A DNA stretch of 58,747 nucleotides from a virus (Duplodnaviria > Caudoviricetes): positions 1-58,747 of IMG/VR virus record IMGVR_UViG_3300033148_009015. One strand, 5' to 3'. Under the pieces are notes generated by a model. It saw only the letters and a program-made list of their open reading frames with translations. It searched no databases and was not told the DNA's origin. A program made the translations under genes and the position numbers. The first letter of the stretch is position 1, and each line of letters begins with the position of its first letter. Shown here piece by piece: positions 53,572 to 58,747 of this stretch.

Positions 53572-54162
53572 TTAGTCCGAGGAACGCGCCGGCGGCGATA
53601 CGGCGCGGAGCGCCGCCATAAAGCGCCGCCCGTAGGTCTCCGTGGCGCGCTTGCGCCAGCCGTCCGGGCCACCGTTGTGTATTCGCGCCATGTCCTCCGC
53701 GGTCGGCTCCCTGCCGAGCCGCTTCCTGGTGGCGTAGTGCCGCAGGTAGATGCGCACCATCTCCTCGGCGCGCCTCGTGTCCCAGCGGTCATCCAGGCTG
53801 AACGCCTGGCGGCCGAGTATGCGGTTGACATCCCGCACGTAAATCGGCCGTATCTGGTACAGCCCGGCGGCGTCCTCACCCGCGTTGTAGGCCGCGGTGT
53901 CGCCGCCCGACTCGACCTGGGCCAGCGCGGCGAAGAACGCAGCGTCCGCGCCCTGCGGCTCTCTGGCGTCCGGCTGCACCATTGCTTTGTCTGCGGCCGA
54001 CTGCCCGCGCGCCGGCGGCGATTCGCCCATGCCCCGTATGGCCCAGCCGACATAACCCGCCAGCAGGCATATCATCGTCCACATGAGCGTGCTGCCGACG
54101 ATAGCCACGGCGTCCGCGCCGCCTACGGCGTCTATCGTTGTTTGTTTGCGCATTCTCGTCAT
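53572..54162 (-). CDS. Lysozyme-like endolysin with N-terminal TM segment
   Basis: QVESGG...AAGLYQIRPIY..D...ARIHNGGP.G; TM segment near the N-terminus. Confidence 0.8.
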   Translation of the reverse strand: MTRMRKQTTIDAVGGADAVAIVGSTLMWTMICLLAGYVGWAIRGMGESPPARGQSAADKAMVQPDAREPQGADAAFFAALAQVESGGDTAAYNAGEDAAGLYQIRPIYVRDVNRILGRQAFSLDDRWDTRRAEEMVRIYLRHYATRKRLGREPTAEDMARIHNGGPDGWRKRATETYGRRFMAALRAVSPPARSSD

Positions 54163-54393
54163 TGTGTGCTCCTTGTTTCTATTCCGGCACGTGATGTCTG
54201 GTCGTTCCCACCGTGCTGCTGGCGGGGTCCACAGTGAAAATCGGCTCGCTCGGCCGGTCCTGCCCCGGCTGGATAGTCGCGGATGATTCGTAGTGCACGT
54301 ACTCATCATCGACTCGCACAATGGACTTCCGGCGGCATACGCTATCCCATAGCCGTTCTCTGGCGCGTCATCTCGCCACGCTGCGAGCGAGCC

Positions 54394-55197
54394 TTAATTC
54401 TTGCCTTTGCCTTCATCTTGTTTCGGGTACTCTCTTCTCCTGGCCCACAGAGGCCACTCTTCTGGATTCTTACTCACGCGCCAGTTGACTTCCAACTGCT
54501 TGACGAACACAGGCACATCCCGCTCGTCGGCCTGGTGAATCAGTGATTCGACCCACTCGCCTTTGCAGGGTCGTCGCCCCGGTCCGCTCTCGCAGCCGAT
54601 GATAATCCAATCGAGTGATTGCCATTGCTCCGGCGAAAGCTCGACCGGGCCAAGCAGCGGCTCGAACGAGACGAACCGCACCTGCGCAGGAACCCGTGCC
54701 AGCAGTTTTATCCTCGCGTTGGCCGAGGTTTGGTCCTCGCAAGTGACGCCGAACCATAAGTACCGGGGCAACTCCGCGTCCGGCGGCCCGTCTTCATTCA
54801 TCCATTCGTAGAACTCCAACAGGCGCTTTGGCCGCTTCGTGAGGAACTGGAAGATGCTCCCCGTCCGCCCGGCACACTTGGCCGCTGCATCAAAGACCCT
54901 GGCTATGATTCCGAAGGGAACATTCTCGTGAAAGAGGTCGCCCATCGAGCAGACGAACACGCGCCGCGGCGTCTTCCAGCGCCGAGGGGCGTCCAACTCA
55001 TACACATCCGCGTAGGCGGGCTTGCCGCTCCATCGACCGTCAGGGCCGATTGCGCCCTGGTACTTTTCGAGACCCATCGCCTTGAGCCGCCGGGCGAATC
55101 GCTCGGCGTAGCAGTTATCGCAGCCGGCGCTCACCTTCGAGCACCCGACAACCGGATTCCACACGAAATGAGTCCACTCAATCTTCGTCTTGTTCAT
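54394..55197 (-). CDS. DUF5131 (phage Gp37/Gp68) family protein
   Basis: TKIEWT..WNP..GC.KVS.GC.NCYA, SMGDLFH, LTKRP, SFEPLLG, FVKQ. Confidence 0.92.
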   Translation of the reverse strand: MNKTKIEWTHFVWNPVVGCSKVSAGCDNCYAERFARRLKAMGLEKYQGAIGPDGRWSGKPAYADVYELDAPRRWKTPRRVFVCSMGDLFHENVPFGIIARVFDAAAKCAGRTGSIFQFLTKRPKRLLEFYEWMNEDGPPDAELPRYLWFGVTCEDQTSANARIKLLARVPAQVRFVSFEPLLGPVELSPEQWQSLDWIIIGCESGPGRRPCKGEWVESLIHQADERDVPVFVKQLEVNWRVSKNPEEWPLWARRREYPKQDEGKGKN

Positions 55198-55694
55198 CTG
55201 CTTCCCTTTCGTTCGAGAATAAGCAGGCCTCCTTTTGTAAAACCACAGCGGTTCCATCCCGCGCAAAGGAAACAATACCCCGGATTCCGAGACGCCACAG
55301 CCGACGCCCGAACGTAAGTGTAGTGCCTTTGACCAGGCCAGCAGAAATCAGCAATGGCGTCTGCCTCTCGGATAAGGTCCGAGGACAATACTGGCGATTC
55401 GTTACGGAAAACTGCACAATTTACACCTTTCTGTCCTGATTTATCAATGAACATTCTCCAGACGAACAGTGCATTTCGCTTCGGCGTCGTGAGCACGATA
55501 TGTTCGCCTGGGCCAACGAACTTTTTAGGGCGCCTTCCGTCAGCATATTTGTGGCAAGAATAATGGCGCTCATACATCGCACGCAATTCCGGTTCAGCGT
55601 CTTGCCCAACAATCCAGTGCGCCACTGCTAAGTTATCTCCTCGCTCTGCCAGCCCATCTCGACGAATATCTTCGCCAACAGAAAGGTGTCTCAT
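55194..55694 (-). CDS. Mom-like DNA-modifying GNAT protein (start uncertain)
   Basis: YERHYS, FVGPGE, AVFRNE, SSDLIREA, YTYV, NPGYCF..AGW. Confidence 0.6.
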   Translation of the reverse strand: MRHLSVGEDIRRDGLAERGDNLAVAHWIVGQDAEPELRAMYERHYSCHKYADGRRPKKFVGPGEHIVLTTPKRNALFVWRMFIDKSGQKGVNCAVFRNESPVLSSDLIREADAIADFCWPGQRHYTYVRASAVASRNPGYCFLCAGWNRCGFTKGGLLILERKGSR

Positions 55695-55971
55695 CAGCCA
55701 GCCACACGACTAACTCTTCGCAGCCCGCCTCCCACATCGTCCTCGTACACGTCCGGCCACCGAGCTTGTGCCCGGACCACCAGTATAGTATGCCGCTGCG
55801 ACCGAGGGCCTCGGCAAGAGGACGCAACGAGAAACCCTTCTTCGGGCTACGCGGATTCTCTCGCACATCTACCACTGCCTTCACGCCCTTGGCCTCGAGC
55901 GCACGGATAAAGTTCTCGACCGTCTGAAAGTTCAGATAGCCGACTGTGAAGATTATCTTACGGTTCGCCAT
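55633..55971 (-). CDS. DUF488-family protein (short, possibly truncated)
   Basis: IFTVGY...F...L...V..VVDVR..PRS.K.GFS...L...LGG. Confidence 0.7.
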   Translation of the reverse strand: MANRKIIFTVGYLNFQTVENFIRALEAKGVKAVVDVRENPRSPKKGFSLRPLAEALGRSGILYWWSGHKLGGRTCTRTMWEAGCEELVVWLADETPFCWRRYSSRWAGRARR

Positions 55972-56197
55972 CTTTCGCGTCCTCAGTCTCGGATTGGCAA
56001 TGTTCCCGTACGGCCTCGATAGCCTTGTCCAGAAGCTCGAGCAAGGCTTTACTATCGACTACGGCGCCGAACAATTCGACGCCCACGGTAATCCGCATTC
56101 GGCCCCAGTTATCGACCGTAATCGTCTTCCAAGTCTCGGCTTGATATTCGCCGTTCATACCTTCGGTAAAGCGGGCCATCATTGACGTATCTCGCAA
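55958..56197 (-). CDS. Hypothetical protein
   Basis: 79 aa operonic ORF. Confidence 0.55.
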   Translation of the reverse strand: MRDTSMMARFTEGMNGEYQAETWKTITVDNWGRMRITVGVELFGAVVDSKALLELLDKAIEAVREHCQSETEDAKDGEP

Positions 56198-56200
56198 ACT

Positions 56201-56659
56201 TTACCGGTCATCGAGGTTTGCCCCCGGACAAATAGCGATTATCTGTCTATCTGTGGCAACTAACTTGTCTTTGTCGATAATAATACGGCCCCAAACCTTT
56301 ACCTTCGTAAGCACCACATCACAGGCGCTCGGCCTGTATTTGCGAGCATCCTCAGGACTCAAACTCGCGTGCAAACCATATTCGCACAGAGCTATCTCGT
56401 CCTCGTGCAAATGCTCGCCTATGGCGGTTACCCTCTCAGTGCGCAACAACAATTGGCCGGCTGCATTACGCCGAACATAATGATATGCAGTCCACGCATC
56501 CTGCCGGCCAAGTATGATGTATTCTTGGCCATAGCCATAGCCATAGCCATAGCCATAGCCGTCGCCATAGCCGTCGCCAGAGCCAGAGCCATCACCAGAG
56601 CCATAGCCATAGCCAGAGCCAGAGCCGTCGCTATTTAGTCCCACGGTTGTTCTCGCCAT
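56201..56659 (-). CDS. G-x repeat protein with CxxGLHAS domain
   Basis: GSGSGYGYGSGDG...GYGYG tract, then LCEYGLHAS...DKLVA. Confidence 0.7.
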   Translation of the reverse strand: MARTTVGLNSDGSGSGYGYGSGDGSGSGDGYGDGYGYGYGYGYGQEYIILGRQDAWTAYHYVRRNAAGQLLLRTERVTAIGEHLHEDEIALCEYGLHASLSPEDARKYRPSACDVVLTKVKVWGRIIIDKDKLVATDRQIIAICPGANLDDR

Positions 56660-56922
56660 TTTTCTGCTGCCTCCTGAGTGGTATCCATTACAGCTGTAAC
56701 CCCATTCAGTCTAATCCTGGGCACAATAGGAGTAATGCGGGACCCCTTTTGCGGCCCAATGCTCGCAAGGCCCAAGACTCCGCGCGTCTCAGCCGACCAA
56801 TACACAGCCATTTGAGCGTCCTTCAGTATGGCCGTGCTCTCATCCTCGCTGACCAACTCCCCGAAAAACACCCCGCGCCGGTCCTTATCCGTCGTGACCA
56901 CCACCAATCTTTTCTCGCTCAT
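56635..56922 (-). CDS. Small Sm-like phage protein
   Basis: VVVTT...GVFFGEL...A....W......LA..GP; usual partner of G-x repeat genes. Confidence 0.75.
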   Translation of the reverse strand: MSEKRLVVVTTDKDRRGVFFGELVSEDESTAILKDAQMAVYWSAETRGVLGLASIGPQKGSRITPIVPRIRLNGVTAVMDTTQEAAEKWREQPWD

Positions 56923-56968
56923 CATTTTCTCCTTTCTGTCTGCAACAATGATTCGTCACTATCAACTC

Positions 56969-57226
56969 TCAAGCAAAAAATCCCGCCTCTGCCACATACT
57001 CGCGGCATACATGCGGCCTCGTCTCATATATCGAACACTCGTTATTCTCGGTCAAGAATGGGCACGGTGTCGGCAATAGATATTGAGTTCCGCCCTTCAT
57101 TCGGCGAACCACAGTCCGCAAGCGCGGTTCTCGGCGCAAGTCCGCGTCGGTCAACGTATCGATAATCGCCTCGCGGCAGCACCTACCGCAGCGTCGGCAA
57201 CCTGCGCTCGCTCTCGCTTGCATCAT
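56969..57226 (-). CDS. YkgJ-family Cys cluster protein
   Basis: CRRCGRCC...CPFL...CSIYETRPHVCREY; RBS GGAGG. Confidence 0.8.
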   Translation of the reverse strand: MMQARASAGCRRCGRCCREAIIDTLTDADLRREPRLRTVVRRMKGGTQYLLPTPCPFLTENNECSIYETRPHVCREYVAEAGFFA

Positions 57227-57242
57227 AACCTCCAAGGCCGCT

Positions 57243-58163
57243 TCATACGTCGCGCCATAGCGTGCACGACAAACAGTGCGGCGAAATGAACAGCCGCTCC
57301 CTGCGACGGTTCTTCTTGCCCTGCGTTTCTTGCTGCTGGCGCGCGGTGTGCGCATATCCCCCGGACGCAGTCCAACGCTCTACACGCCAACCGGTTTCGA
57401 TAAGGGCTTCGTGCTCGCCCTCGTAACCGGCCACCACTATCCTATATGTTGGCCTGCGGCCACGCTCCAACGCCCATTCGCAGACCTTCTCGGCGACCGT
57501 CGTATCCTCGACGTGATAGACATTCTGGTCCCGGTCCTCGACGGCATAAGGCGGGTCAAAGAACACACCGCAAGTGCCCTTATCGTCCTGCCAGTCCCCG
57601 CCGCAAACACGACTCCAATCGCCGCAAACAACCCGTACCCGGCGCAGCCGCTCCGAAAGAACCTTCATCCACTCGTAAATCGCCCCGACAACCCCCAACT
57701 TGTGGACGCCCATGCCTGCGCCCGCCAAATATGGCACTGCATTCGGGCGTGTCAATCCAGCAGCTATCCAACAGCTTGCTGCCCAGACCCAGTACCCGGC
57801 CAGCTTCGCGTCGTACCATTCGGGGTCCGCTACCAGATTCTCCAGGAGACGCGACTCGTTCGCCAGCAGAACTCTCCGCCGGGCCATCAAGTCCGCGTGG
57901 TTCACCGGCCAGGCACACCACTTGGCTACTTCGTCCGGGGCGAACTGTATCGCACGCCAGACGTTCGCCACGAATCCATCCTTGTCGCAGACGGTCTCGA
58001 TGTGCCGCCCAGGGTCATAGCCTGGACGCGCCAGCAGAACAGCGCCGGAGCCGAAGAACGGCTCGATATAGTGCTTTACGTCGCCGAGATATTCCCAGAC
58101 GAGCCGGGCTATCCGAGCCTTGCCGCCGAAATATGGGAATGGAGCCTGTAGGTAGTTCATCAT
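57243..58163 (-). CDS. DNA adenine methyltransferase (D12/Dam-like)
   Basis: PFPYFGGK, YIEPFFGSGAV, FFDPPY. Confidence 0.9.
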   Translation of the reverse strand: MMNYLQAPFPYFGGKARIARLVWEYLGDVKHYIEPFFGSGAVLLARPGYDPGRHIETVCDKDGFVANVWRAIQFAPDEVAKWCAWPVNHADLMARRRVLLANESRLLENLVADPEWYDAKLAGYWVWAASCWIAAGLTRPNAVPYLAGAGMGVHKLGVVGAIYEWMKVLSERLRRVRVVCGDWSRVCGGDWQDDKGTCGVFFDPPYAVEDRDQNVYHVEDTTVAEKVCEWALERGRRPTYRIVVAGYEGEHEALIETGWRVERWTASGGYAHTARQQQETQGKKNRRRERLFISPHCLSCTLWRDV

Positions 58164-58207
58164 CCCCCCTCGTATCCCCTTGCTCTGCCAGCTTGTCGCC
58201 ATCTTCG

Positions 58208-58423
58208 TCATTGTTCGTGTCCATATCTTTGCACGACCGCCTCGAACGCGGCGTCACCAAGCTCCTTTGCCTTCGCGCGCAGCGCCCGCGTCCTGCCATA
58301 CGTCACCATCTCTATCGTGCCATACGCCTCGTCAATGGCCAGGACGATAATCTCGTCCTTGTTGCCCCACCGCCGGGCAAGCTCGCGGCAATCGGCCACC
58401 TTCGGCTTCGGATTCCACGCCAT
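58208..58423 (-). CDS. Hypothetical protein
   Basis: 71 aa operonic ORF. Confidence 0.65.
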   Translation of the reverse strand: MAWNPKPKVADCRELARRWGNKDEIIVLAIDEAYGTIEMVTYGRTRALRAKAKELGDAAFEAVVQRYGHEQ

Positions 58424-58426
58424 CGC

Positions 58427-58726
58427 TCAATCCCCTGGAAAGCCTGGACGTATCTCGCCATTGTTCTCGCGGCCCTTGACCAGCCGTGCCCGCATCTCGG
58501 CCTGAAATAGCTCCAGCTTCACTGTTTCGAGCACTCCAAGCAGCTCCGCATCGAGCGAAGCAACAGGCAGGCGCATCACCCTGCGCTCGGTCCGAAACGC
58601 CTGGCACAAGAGCGCAATCGTGTAGCTCAGCGACTCAATATTGTGGACCGCCTCCTGAATGTCTATCAGGCTGCGCCCTCGAAACCCGCACACAATTCGC
58701 TCTCTGTCATCTCGGTCAACATACAT
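58427..58726 (-). CDS. Hypothetical protein
   Basis: RBS AAAGGAG; start overlaps the stop of ORF 83..469 across the circular junction. Confidence 0.7.
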   Translation of the reverse strand: MYVDRDDRERIVCGFRGRSLIDIQEAVHNIESLSYTIALLCQAFRTERRVMRLPVASLDAELLGVLETVKLELFQAEMRARLVKGRENNGEIRPGFPGD

Positions 58727-58747
58727 TTTTCGCTCCTTTCCGTTTTG
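58634..58747. repeat. Terminal direct repeat (circular assembly overlap), copy 2
   Basis: Identical to 1-114. Confidence 0.95.

Noticed and set aside
54163-54393. Gene between the endolysin and DUF5131
   Set aside because: Only short or broken frames on the minus strand, so I cannot support a call. It may be a frameshifted remnant.

Overview
This looks like a complete, circular (about 58.6 kb), GC-rich tailed phage genome with siphovirus-like architecture. Bases 1-114 are identical to 58634-58747. A leftward early arm runs from about 14 kb through the origin to about 52.6 kb. It carries recombination genes (RecT, SMC-like ATPase, MBL nuclease), a MoxR/VWA pair, an ADP-ribosyltransferase-like gene, a Csx20-like putative ring nuclease, DNA-modification genes and an endolysin. 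A rightward arm (14.3-52.6 kb) carries a lambda O-like initiator with an internal iteron origin, a DnaC-like loader, ParB/methylase, terminase, portal, head and tail genes (with a -1 frameshifted chaperone), and ends in an 8-gene glycosyl/amino-transfer biosynthetic cluster. I recognised no integrase or repressor. The most striking feature is a stand-alone RAMP/Cas7-like gene (1188-1904, minus strand) followed immediately by about 270 nt of period-5 'NGY-NN' repeats, with no CRISPR array or other cas genes. This is a candidate phage RNA-guided system resembling the VIPR type. All family assignments come from motif recognition by eye; no database search was run.
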